DNA from: the human T2T-CHM13v2.0 reference genome, Homo sapiens
Assembly: GCF_009914755.1 (NCBI RefSeq)
Contig: NC_060943.1
Length of the DNA: 64,000 nt
Strand: one strand, 5' to 3'
The translations under genes were made by a program, and so were the position numbers. Position 1 is the stretch's first letter. Each line of letters opens with the position of its first letter. The notes beneath the pieces were generated by a model that saw only the letters and a list, made by a program, of their open reading frames with translations, ran no database searches and was not told where the DNA came from. Below, one piece after another: positions 1-10,443 of this stretch.

Positions 1-83
1 TAAAAAGTGAAGGGCTGCTAATATTGAATGCTCAGTGCCAGGCCTCATCTATTAAACACTACTCATAAGTGCCAGTTGCTATT

Positions 84-390
84 CTTTTTTTTTTTTTCCT
101 TTTCTTTGAGACACGATCTTGCTCTGTTGCCCAGGCTGGACTGCAGTGGCATAATCATGGCTCACTGCAGCATCAGCTGCCCAGGTTCAACATCCTCCTG
201 CCTCAGCCTCCACAGTAGATGGGAGTACAGACACACGCCACCACACCTGGCTAATTTTTGTATTTTTAGTAGAGAAGGGGGTTTCTCCATGTTGGCCAGG
301 CTAGTCTTGAACTCGTGACCTCAAGTGATCTGCCTGCCTCAGCCTCCCAAAGCACTGGGATTATAGGCGTGAGCCACTGCTCCCAGCCTA
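84..390 (-). mobile_element. Alu
   Basis: Poly-T followed by antisense Alu consensus (gctctgttgcccaggctgga...gtgagccac). Confidence 0.9.
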
Positions 391-701
391 GTTTTAACTG
401 TTTGTTGAGTGCTTACTGTGTGGCGACCATTATTCTGTAAGCTGGGCTACAGCAGTGAACAAAATGACTTTGGTGTCCTGGCTTTGTGGCAGGGTGCATC
501 TTTTATATTAAAAGAGGTCCTTGTTGGCTGTCTCTCCAGCTCCCACTGGACTCAGTGGCGGTGGGGGCAGGGCCTGTCTTGGTCATCACTGTGTCCCCAG
601 GCCTGATACACAGCAGGAATTCGTTCAGGGCTGGCCAGCCACATAAGCTCACTAGAGCCGTTCAGGCCCCTGTGCCCGCTGAGCTGCGCCTCTGTCCCCA
701 G

Positions 702-870
702 ATCTACCAGAGCCTGTTCCTGCGGGGCCTGTCCCTGGTGGGCTGGTACCACAGCCACCCACACAGCCCGGCGCTGCCATCTCTGCAGGACATCGACGCA
801 CAGATGGACTACCAGCTGCGGCTGCAGGGCTCCAGCAATGGCTTCCAGCCCTGCCTCGCCCTGCTCTGCT
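702..870 (+). CDS. MPND: MPND internal coding exon carrying the JAMM/MPN+ metal-binding motif
   Basis: cccag|ATC acceptor, CT|gtacgc donor. Translates IYQSLFLRGLSLVGWYHSHPHSPALPSLQDIDAQMDYQLRLQGSSNGFQPCLALLC. H-S-H-x7-S-x2-D at 750-791. Upstream exons lie outside the window. Confidence 0.95.
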
Positions 871-963
871 GTACGCGGGATGGGGCTGTGGGGGGAGCAA
901 GGAGGGGGGATGCTGGGCCAGCCGAGCCTCCCAGGGCCAACCCCTCTCCCTCTCTCCCGCCAG

Positions 964-1034
964 CCCCTTACTATTCTGGCAACCCAGGCCCCGAGTCCAA
1001 GATCTCGCCTTTCTGGGTGATGCCTCCTCCCGAG
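964..1034 (+). CDS. MPND: MPND coding exon
   Basis: cgccag|CC acceptor, GAG|gtaggt donor. (S)PYYSGNPGPESKISPFWVMPPPE. Phase matches the previous exon. Confidence 0.93.
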
Positions 1035-1531
1035 GTAGGTGGGGCTGTTGGGAGAGCCTGGGGGGCCCGGGAGCACTGGGGCATTTGGGTCACGACTAGG
1101 CAGGGGCCCCTGGTTCCAGGCTCCACTGGAGAGTTGGGGCCCCAGTTTCTCCATCTATGAAATGGGGACGTGACTGCTGCCCTGCCCATATTTTGGTGAG
1201 GTCCTGGGCGTGGGGCCTCCGTTGTGTCATTGGCTGCTCAGTACAAAGAGGGCTCCCTTCCTGACCCTGCCTGGCTTCATTCCCCAATCCTGCCCTGAAG
1301 TCAGAGGTCAGCCCTGGGAAGTCATTTCAGGGCCCTGGCTCTCTTCTGGGCCTCTCCCACAGTAAGGATGCTACACTGCCTCCCTGGTCCCACCACCAGG
1401 TGCCGATCCCGGTGCAGAGCTGAGCCGGGGTGTGCACTCTCCCGTTCCCAGCCCGGGCACTGCCAATTGTCCCCAGCTGCCATGGGCTGCGGGCTGGTGA
1501 GGCTTCTCTCACTGGTCTGTGTCCCTGCCAG

Positions 1532-1621
1532 CAAAGGCCCAGTGACTATGGCATCCCCATGGATGTGGAGATGGCCTACGTCCAGGACAGCTTCCTGACC
1601 AATGACATCCTTCACGAGATG
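1532..1621 (+). CDS. MPND: MPND 90-nt symmetric (phase 0-0) coding exon, probable cassette
   Basis: tgccag|CAA acceptor, ATG|gtgagc donor. QRPSDYGIPMDVEMAYVQDSFLTNDILHEM. Confidence 0.88.
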
Positions 1622-1954
1622 GTGAGCTCGCTGCGGGGCGGGCAGGCAGGGGCTGGCAGTGCGCAGCTGGGCACACGATGCGTTGGTCTGCTTCCCACCG
1701 GTGGGCTTGGGAAGCTATGGCTGGTGGCGCCTTGGGGGCCTGGGTTAGGGCTTCTTCCATCACTCAGGACAGAGTCCAGGCCCTTGCCAGGGTCCCTCCA
1801 ACTTCTGCCCTCCCTCACCTCCCCACCTGCTGTTCTCTAAGGCACTGGCCTCTTCTGCCAGGCTGTCCAGTAGAGAAACCCCAGGGACTTTGGGTGGTAA
1901 CTGGATGAACACTTAAAAATTGTGTGTTCAACATGCATTTAAAACACTAAACTA

Positions 1955-2255
<301 letters not shown>

Positions 2256-2611
2256 CCTAAACTAGTTCGTCAAACCTGTGACCTCACAGGTGTCACTGCT
2301 GGGGATGAGGCCGAACCAGGGGGCCACGTCAGGCCCGCGTGGTTCTGGAGAACTGGGCTCGGTGAGTGCAGGTCCAGGTGGACCTCTCGTGGCAGCCACT
2401 TGGGCAACGCTGCTGCCTCCCCCTCGAGAGAGCCCTCCTGGACCTAAGCTAGGTGAGCCCTCTGGCTAAGGTCACTCGTGATCTCTTTGTGGTTGGTTTG
2501 TTAGTGATGGGGTCATGTCTCAGGGCTGCCTGAGACTGGAACCCCAGGAGAGGCGCTGAGGTACCTCAGGCTTGGAGGGAGCCTGGGAGTCCATGCTCCT
2601 CTGTCCTGTAG

Positions 2612-2704
2612 ATGCTGCTGGTGGAGTTCTACAAGGGTTCCCCTGACCTCGTGAGGCTCCAGGAACCCTGGAGCCAGGAGCACACCTACCTCGACAAGCT
2701 TAAG
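2612..2704 (+). CDS. MPND: MPND penultimate coding exon
   Basis: cctgtag|ATG acceptor, AAG|gtgagc donor. MLLVEFYKGSPDLVRLQEPWSQEHTYLDKLK (93 nt). Confidence 0.92.
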
Positions 2705-3364
2705 GTGAGCCCCAAGTCCCCGCAGACCTCCTAACGGGGCCCCAGGAGAGGCCCCCTGGGCAGCCTAAAAGGTGGCAGCAATGAGCCCCGTGGGCCTCAG
2801 GGGCCTGAGACAGCCCAGCTGGCAGACTGGTGACCCTGGTCACCCCGTGGCCACCCCAGCAGGGTGCAGGCCAGATTTGATTGGACTGTGGAGCTTTAAG
2901 CTCCGGCAGTGCCGGATGAGGTCCTGGCAGCGGGTTTTGGGAGTGGCTCCCCTGCAGAGGGCCCAGGGTCCTGGCCACCCCTGAGTGTCTTAGGGTAGTG
3001 GTTCCTGGTTTCCCTCCACCTGGCATAGAAAGGGACTCATTCTGCTCAGCTCTCGGCTAGCTGTGGAGGCTGTGGTGTCCCCATGGGTGTCTGGAACCAG
3101 GCAGGGAGGGGCTGAAGTGGGGGCAGGATCGGGAGTGTGCACATAAGCCCCACCCCTCCACACAGCACCGCTGCCCCTGGGAGCCAGGCCCTCGGTTACA
3201 TACTGCCCCACTGGGTAAGCAGCAGGCTGTGCTGCGGGACCCCAGCCCTGTGCCTCGGTCTCAGGGGGGCTCAGTCAGGATGCTGGACTTGCACGGTGGA
3301 CTGTGAGGCGCAGGGCTGGCTAGGACCCCCGGGCACAGCCTGAGGCCCAGCCCCCTCGTTTCAG

Positions 3365-3451
3365 ATCTCCTTGGCCAGCAGGACGCCCAAGGACCAGAGC
3401 CTGTGTCACGTCCTGGAACAGGTGTGCGGCGTCCTCAAGCAGGGGAGCTGA
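3365..3451 (+). CDS. MPND: MPND terminal coding exon
   Basis: tttcag|ATC acceptor. ISLASRTPKDQSLCHVLEQVCGVLKQGS, then TGA at 3449-3451. AATAAA follows 55 nt later. Confidence 0.92.
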   Translation: MSLASRTPKDQSLCHVLEQVCGVLKQGS

Positions 3452-3506
3452 GCCTTCCAGGGCAGGGTGGGCTCCAGTTGTCTTGAGGGTCCGGATGGGC
3501 TCAGGT

Positions 3507-3512
3507 AATAAA
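3507..3512 (+). terminator. MPND: MPND polyadenylation signal AATAAA
   Basis: Canonical hexamer just after the stop codon. Confidence 0.85.
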
Positions 3513-3814
3513 GAAACGGAAGCAGCAGCCAGCCACGCTGGTCTCCCCAAGGCTGGGGTGAGGGTGGCTGGGTGCCCAGGCTGGTACCATCACCCCAGCT
3601 TCCTCACTTCCAGGGCAGGGCATTAACTTCCAGGATACCCCTCAGCCCCTGCACCTGGGAACTGGCACAAAAGCCTCAGGGCCAGTCCCACCCACCTTGG
3701 GCTCAGGAGCACCTGGGGTGCTGGAGGGACCTCCTGGGGTGTGTGTGGCTTTGGAGCCGGCCCCTCAGGAAGGCGGTGGGTGGCAGGCCCACCCCTGCAC
3801 CAAGACGAGGCAAG

Positions 3815-5048
3815 GGGCTGTAGAAAGAGACATTTAATACTTCTGTTTACAAAATTCAGGCGTACATTTCAGTTTGCCCTGGACCGTGCCCAAAGCTGTG
3901 TGCTCATCTCTGCGCCCCTCATGTACTTCTGACGAGGGGGGTGCAGGGCAGGGCAGAGCAGAGCCTGGGGTCCGGAGGCTTCACTGGACCACAGGGGGAG
4001 GGGAATGTGAATGTGGCCTGGCCCAGAGAACTCCCCATTTCATCGATTTTGCATTGGGCGATAGAGGAAGCAGATGTCGGGGCTGCCTGCCTTGGTCTAG
4101 AGGAGATGGCTGGGGCCACTTCCCACAGGGTGAAGTGGCAGCGGCTCAGCAAGGGGAGCCTGGCCACCAGGGGCTGGGACATGCGCTCACTGGAACCTTT
4201 GTGCTTGGCCCTCGGCAGCGCGGCTGTGGTCCCGTGTGAGGTGTGCTGGGGTGGGTGTGGGTGGCTGGTGGTGGCAGCTTGTGCCAGAGTGACACAGGCC
4301 TCCCTGGGTTGGGATGGGGGCAGTTAAAAAGCTGAAAAGGTACTTGGCTTTCTGAGGGCGGGGCTTGGGAGGCAGGGCCCTGCAGGAGACCATGTTCTCT
4401 GTCCTCAGGCAGATCCCAGCTGGCCTCTGTCCCCGGGCTGCAAGCTGACAGCAGGCCCGGGAGGCGGTGAGGCCCTCTGCCCTGGCCTTGAGGAGAAGGA
4501 GTGCGTGTGTGAGGCGGGGGTGCATTGGCCCTGGAGTAGGGCCAGGGCCCATCACCAGCACCAGGCTGGGAGGGATTTAAAACCAGGGTCCTATCTCTGA
4601 GCCACCCCATGGGGACCCTCGATCCCATCCTGTTAAGGCTGCGGGACTCGAGGGTAGGCAGTGGGCCGGGCCCCCGTCGGGTCAGGACGGAGGTGGGGGC
4701 TGCCCCAGAGGAACATTAGTGTTTCTAAGAGCACCTTAGTGTTGCCCCGCCTCGGCCAGCTGGGCGAGAAGTTGGGGAGCGGGGGAGGAGGCTGGCGCCA
4801 TGGAGTGGGGAAGGGAGCCGTCACCGTTGGGAGTCAGCGCTAGTGTAAACAGGCATCCCCACCCACCCAGATAAGCCCCCCCACCCAAGTGTGGGGTCCT
4901 GCTCAGGGAGTACCTCAAGGGCCGGGGCCCAGGTGGCGCCGGCAGGCTCAGACACCGCCCTGGCAGCAGGGGCTCCGTGGAATGCAGGAGACCCAGCAGG
5001 GGGTGCCGGCCAGTGTGGACGGAGGGGCGGGGCGGGGACACGGGTGAG
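3815..5048 (-). other. SH3GL1: SH3GL1 3' UTR (cleavage end approximate)
   Basis: Lies between the stop codon (5049-5051) and the ATTAAA signal. Confidence 0.8.
3833..3838 (-). terminator. SH3GL1: SH3GL1 polyadenylation signal ATTAAA
   Basis: TTTAAT on + strand, in an AT-rich patch with upstream UGUA motifs on the - strand, about 1.2 kb after the SH3GL1 stop. Confidence 0.8.
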
Positions 5049-5245
5049 TCACTGCGGCAGGGGCACAAGCACCTCCACGTAGCTGAGCGGGAAGAAGCCC
5101 GACTGGCCGTCCAGCATGCCCTCGTACCAGTTCTCATCGATCTGGTTGGTCAGCGTGATGACGTCGCCCTCATGGAAGCCCAGCTCCCCGTCGTTCTCGG
5201 GCTCGAAGTCGTACAGCGCCTTGCAGCTCGGCTGGTCCAGGGGCG
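5049..5245 (-). CDS. SH3GL1: SH3GL1 exon 10, SH3 domain and stop
   Basis: Reverse strand reads (P)[66 protein letters not shown]3 ALYDF...WY.G...G.FP motifs present. AG acceptor at 5246-5247. Confidence 0.97.
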
Positions 5246-5777
5246 CTGGGGGCGGGAGCGGGCTGTGGGGCTGGGGCTGCTACGCCTCACCCCGCCCAGT
5301 CTGGGGTCTCAGACCTGCTGTGACCTGGAGCGTGTGGGTGGGCATGGGCCTCCCCTCTGCCCTGCCTGGGCCACCCCCTGCCCCTGCCACTTCTGGGGTC
5401 CGGCCTCTACTGCCACCCAGGAGGGAGGATGGGAGAAGCTTGGTTTAAGTGGTCACCAAAGCTACTCCTGGGAAGTGCTGGGGACACCCGGTGCTGCTGC
5501 GGTGACAGGGAGTGACCAGATGCCCTCAAGCCCTTGTAGCCACCACACAGCCTAGAGCTAGCTGGGCTAGTGCCCTTGGCAATCCCTCATTCACACTGTG
5601 AGGCTGAGACCCAGAGGGGTGGCATCTTGCAGGCTGTGGGGCCTGTGCCCCCTACTGCTGCACGAGCCTGGCCCCTCCCTGCTTGAGATGGGCAGAGAAC
5701 AGGGCGGGAGGAGAAACACCCTCCCCGAATGGCCGAGAAGGCAGCACTGAGGTCGAGGCGGGCCTGGGAACACTCAC

Positions 5778-5834
5778 GCATGCTCCGGCTAGGGGTCCGG
5801 ATGGGCTTGTCGGAAGATCGGAAAGACGATGAAG
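5778..5834 (-). CDS. SH3GL1: SH3GL1 exon 9 (57 nt, linker)
   Basis: tttag acceptor, gtgagt donor. (A)SSSFRSSDKPIRTPSRSM. Confidence 0.93.
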
Positions 5835-6060
5835 CTAAACACAAGCAAAACGAGGAGGCTGTGGGCTCAAAACGGTCGGGCAGGGCCCCTTCTGCAGAAG
5901 GCTGGGGCCAGCCCTTCCCGTCTGCCTTGGCGGTCCAGATGGAGCACGGCTGAGAGCTGCACCCAGGAGTCTGGCGCTCAGAGACCCAGGACAGGGCCAG
6001 CCCTTGGCCACTCCCACCCGCTGGCATTTGCCTCCGCAAGAGGGCTCCATGCCCCATTAC

Positions 6061-6185
6061 CTGCGATCTTGGGGGCTGTGGTGCAGGGGAAGCCCCCGTT
6101 GGACTGCTCAGGCTCTCCAAGGTCAAAGGGCTCCCGGGGCTTCGGCTTATACTCCCGCTTAGGGCGTGAGGAAGCTTCCCGCATC
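6061..6185 (-). CDS. SH3GL1: SH3GL1 exon 8
   Basis: cacag acceptor, gtaatg donor. (R)MREASSRPKREYKPKPREPFDLGEPEQSNGGFPCTTAPKIA. Confidence 0.95.
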
Positions 6186-6818
6186 CTGTGAAGGGAGAGG
6201 CGTGAGTGGACCGAGCCCGTGTCACGGCCGAGGCAGCCCCACTCTTGTATTTATGCTGCTGCCTAATGACCTGGCCTGGGACTGCAGGAAGAGGCCGTCA
6301 GTGGGGTTGTGACACATGGACCCTGGGACACAGCTAGACTGGGATGTCTACCCAGAGGGCCTCCAGCCTGGACCCCCACCTTGGAGGCATCCCAGAGATT
6401 GCCAAGCAGCTGGGGCCTGCCACAGCATCTACCTACAACACCCCCAGTCGCATCCCCTGCCTCCTCCCCCAATTCCCCACCACGGACGGCGCCCCACATA
6501 CGCCAAGGCCCCTGAAGCAGGTCTGGCCTCTGCATTCAGGGAGGGGAGCCTGGGTGTTCCTGTGGCAGCAGCAACGTGCAGCCAGGGAGGGAGTCCCCGG
6601 GGCCTGCATCGGGGCAGGGCTTGGTGTTGACTCAGAGTTCTCAGAGCCCCAGCTCCTCTGACCTCGCGGCCCCCCAGGCCTTTCCACTCAGTCCCCAGGA
6701 AGAATCCAGGATGCTGCTCTGCCATGTGCTCACCCCACAGCGAGGTGTGCTGCCCACTTGCGCTGGCAGAGGGCGCATGGCAGCCCAGACTCTGGAGAGA
6801 CCAAGGCCCTGGGCTCAC

Positions 6819-6922
6819 CTGCGCTTGAGCTTCTCCGCCAGCTCGTCCAGGATCTGCACGGCCTGCCGGTGGTAGTCCAGCTGTGCATCCACCAGGGCCG
6901 AGAGCTGACTCACCTGCTCGAT
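6819..6922 (-). CDS. SH3GL1: SH3GL1 exon 7 (BAR helix 3)
   Basis: cacag acceptor, gtgagc donor. [34 protein letters not shown]. Confidence 0.95.
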
Positions 6923-7166
6923 CTGTGGGGACAGTAGGGCTCAGGGGCTCCTGCCAGTGCCACTGTCCTGTGCCTTCCCTGACTCCCGAGGTGAAGCCAC
7001 AGGAGGCAAGGGGGCTGAGGGGACAGGGGACTGGGGCCCATACCCTCCACCTCCCCTGCTGCAGCGGCCAGGTAGGTGCCGATCTGTCCTCCAGCTCCCT
7101 TGAGGCACCACCCCGGCCTCCCAAGGGCATAGGTCTTCTCAGGATGTGACACCCCGAGCTACTCAC

Positions 7167-7325
7167 GTCAGTCTCCAGGAGGTTGTGCATGCTGGTTTCT
7201 GCCACCTCCTTGGACTCCTCGAACTTCTCCAGCGCCTGGCGTAGCTCCTCATCGGGGATCTTGCCCTGCCGCTTCTTCTTGTAGTCAAAGTCCAGGCGGC
7301 GGCCCTCCAGTTTCTTCAGGTGGTG
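7167..7325 (-). CDS. SH3GL1: SH3GL1 exon 6 (BAR)
   Basis: tccag acceptor, gtgagt donor. [53 protein letters not shown]. Confidence 0.97.
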
Positions 7326-7534
7326 CTGGAGACGTGGGGGACATGGGTCACACCAGTAGCGGCCAGAGGGCCGCCCCACGCATGGCTTTGACCCACTGTC
7401 CCTGCACCACTGGGGATCCTGCCTGCCTGAGACCCAGAGGGCAGTGCCGAGGCTGGAGGTGAGGGTGGCAGGAATGGGGCTGCCCCATCCGGCAGGGGGA
7501 AGGGACAGGCCCCAGGCTGGCGCAGGAGCAGCAC

Positions 7535-7668
7535 CTGGATCTCCTTCAGGTCTTTCTCGCACAGGTTCTGGAGGGGGTCAATGAAGTTCTGCTTGACCTC
7601 GATGTCCAGGGAGTCCTTCACCTCTGCCAGGCGCTTCATGGACTCGCCGGCATCCAGCAATGCGTCAC
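7535..7668 (-). CDS. SH3GL1: SH3GL1 exon 5 (BAR)
   Basis: cacag acceptor, gtgctg donor. (G)[44 protein letters not shown]. Confidence 0.96.
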
Positions 7669-7739
7669 CTGTGGAGAAGTGGTGGGGGAAGCCATCATAC
7701 CGGGCCTGGGACCACTAGACTGAGACACTCCTCAGCCTT

Positions 7740-8505
<766 letters not shown>

Positions 8506-8930
8506 ATCCCAACTTCTAACAGCCCCCCAACACTCTAAGCCCAGGGCCCGGAAATTGGAACTCAGGGCAAAACAAAGGATCCTAAAATCCGAATCGATGC
8601 TGGACGTTAAACCAGACCCTCCAATGCTCCTAAAAGGGCCTAGGTTTGCCCTTAACAGGTGGAAGGACAGATGCTGGGGGGTCCAGGCCCTGGGGAAGCA
8701 GCTGGCTTGAGTTGGGGAAGGTCTGGAGCTACAGGAAGGGGCCCTATCAGCTGCTGGCCAGTGCTGGATGGGTTGGTCTGTGCAGTCTCCTGCACCTCTG
8801 CAGCTGGAAAGCTGTGGGGGCCACTGTACGTCCCCGGCACTCAGCACACGCAGGGCCTGGACCTGCCCTGCCTGTGTTGAGGTGTGGCCTCCAGGGACGG
8901 TGGGCGTGGCTTCCAGAGAGCACCACTCAC

Positions 8931-9074
8931 CAAAGTTGGACTCGCCGCCCAGCTCCTTCCCGTGGCGGATCATGCACTCGCCCAGAAGCCCCTCCGACTG
9001 CGGGTAGCCGGGGTTCTTCACCTGGCCCCGGATCTTGGACACCGTGTTGAGCATGGTCAGCTTAGCCCGCGAGG
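8931..9074 (-). CDS. SH3GL1: SH3GL1 exon 4 (BAR with H1-insert helix; 144 nt, symmetric)
   Basis: cccag acceptor, gtgagt donor. (A)[47 protein letters not shown]. Confidence 0.96.
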
Positions 9075-9949
9075 CTGGGATAGGATGGCCAGGTGGGTGT
9101 GGGCTGTGAGGCCTGCACTCCTCTGCCCTGGCAGACTGCAGCCCCCACATCTCCTCCCCACCCTTGCTTCCTGTGCCTGTGGACAGCCTAGGCCACACAA
9201 AGCACAGTGGAATCCCCAGAGGGTCCCTTCCCTGCTCCTGCTAGCCTCAAAGGAGCTGGCAGCGGGTGGAGAGGTGACCAAGCTCCTCAGGGGGCAAAAC
9301 CTCCTCCTTCCAAGGGCTGCTCCTCTTGGAACGTGGCTATGACCCCTCATCTGGGGGGTGCCAGGGAGGAGGCGCAGCAGTGATGTGCAGCGGGGGGTGG
9401 TTGAGGCCAAGGCTCCCGGGGTGGGTGATGAGCTGTGTCCCTTCCGCTGCCCGCTTGGGTCTGCTCCTGGCAGGGCCTGAGTGGACACTGCTGGGTGTGC
9501 GTCTGCCCCCTGTCCGTGGCCTCCTATGGAGCCAGCATTTGGGTTTTCCTTGGGGAAAAGCCCGTCTCTCAGCCAGGGAGACCCAGTCCCAAGCCCAAGA
9601 GGTGAAGTCCAGGCCAGGGGCACTGGGGAGGGGCGGCCAATACAAATGGATCCCACAAGTAAGCTGGGGGAGAGGCTCCCTGCCAGGACTGCTGGCTGGA
9701 AGAGGGGTTGAAGGCTGGGACGGCCCTGAGGAACCAGTCGGCATGAGAGTGAAGCCAACAGAGGGGCTGAGCTGCTGGTTGAGGTGGAAAGGCAGCATGC
9801 AGCACCAAGGATGGCCTCTGCACTCCGGGATCCAGCTGTGCCTGAAGCCCACAACCCATGAGCCTGGCGGTTCTGTCATCCCCTGCCTTCCCTCTGACAC
9901 AGAGGCCAGAGGGCCTGGGGCAGGCCCTGGCAGTGGCTGGAGCACCCAC

Positions 9950-10022
9950 CTGGGTTGGGCTGCAGGTACTCGATGGTCCTGGCCAGCACTTCTGTCACCG
10001 CCTTGCTGGTGACATCCACCTT
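9950..10022 (-). CDS. SH3GL1: SH3GL1 exon 3
   Basis: cacag acceptor, gtgggt donor. KVDVTSKAVTEVLARTIEYLQPNP. Confidence 0.96.
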
Positions 10023-10374
10023 CTGTGAAGAGAAGCAGCATATAAGACTCCACAGCCAGTGGGGGCCCAAGGCACACAAGACCCCCGCTGCTGCACCGCC
10101 TCCTGCCCTAAGAGCCCATACCAGGACCCCCCAACCCCCTCTCCATGTCTTCAGCTCAGCCATGTCCCCACAGCTGCCTGCCCACGGCAGGGGAGAGAGC
10201 TGGTGCCCGTCAAGTCCAGCTGACGAGGCCCCCACACCACCCCATCTCTCCACACCTGCCGGGCCCCATCACTCCAGACCCAGGCCCATCAAGGTTGGCC
10301 GCCTCCACTATGCCCGGCAGAGGTCAGGCCCCAGCAGTGCCACCACCACACAGAGCACGCAGTTTCTTCCTCAC

Positions 10375-10443
10375 CTTCTCCATCTCTTTGAAGTCATCAT
10401 CCAGCTTGGTCCCCTCGGCCCCTCCGACCTTCTCACTGACCAG
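10375..10443 (-). CDS. SH3GL1: SH3GL1 exon 2
   Basis: tctag acceptor, gtgagg donor. [23 protein letters not shown]. Confidence 0.96.

Noticed and set aside
6429-7562. 377-aa ORF on the - strand
   Set aside because: It is SH3GL1 exon 6 plus chance read-through of GC-rich introns. Only the exon part resembles a protein.
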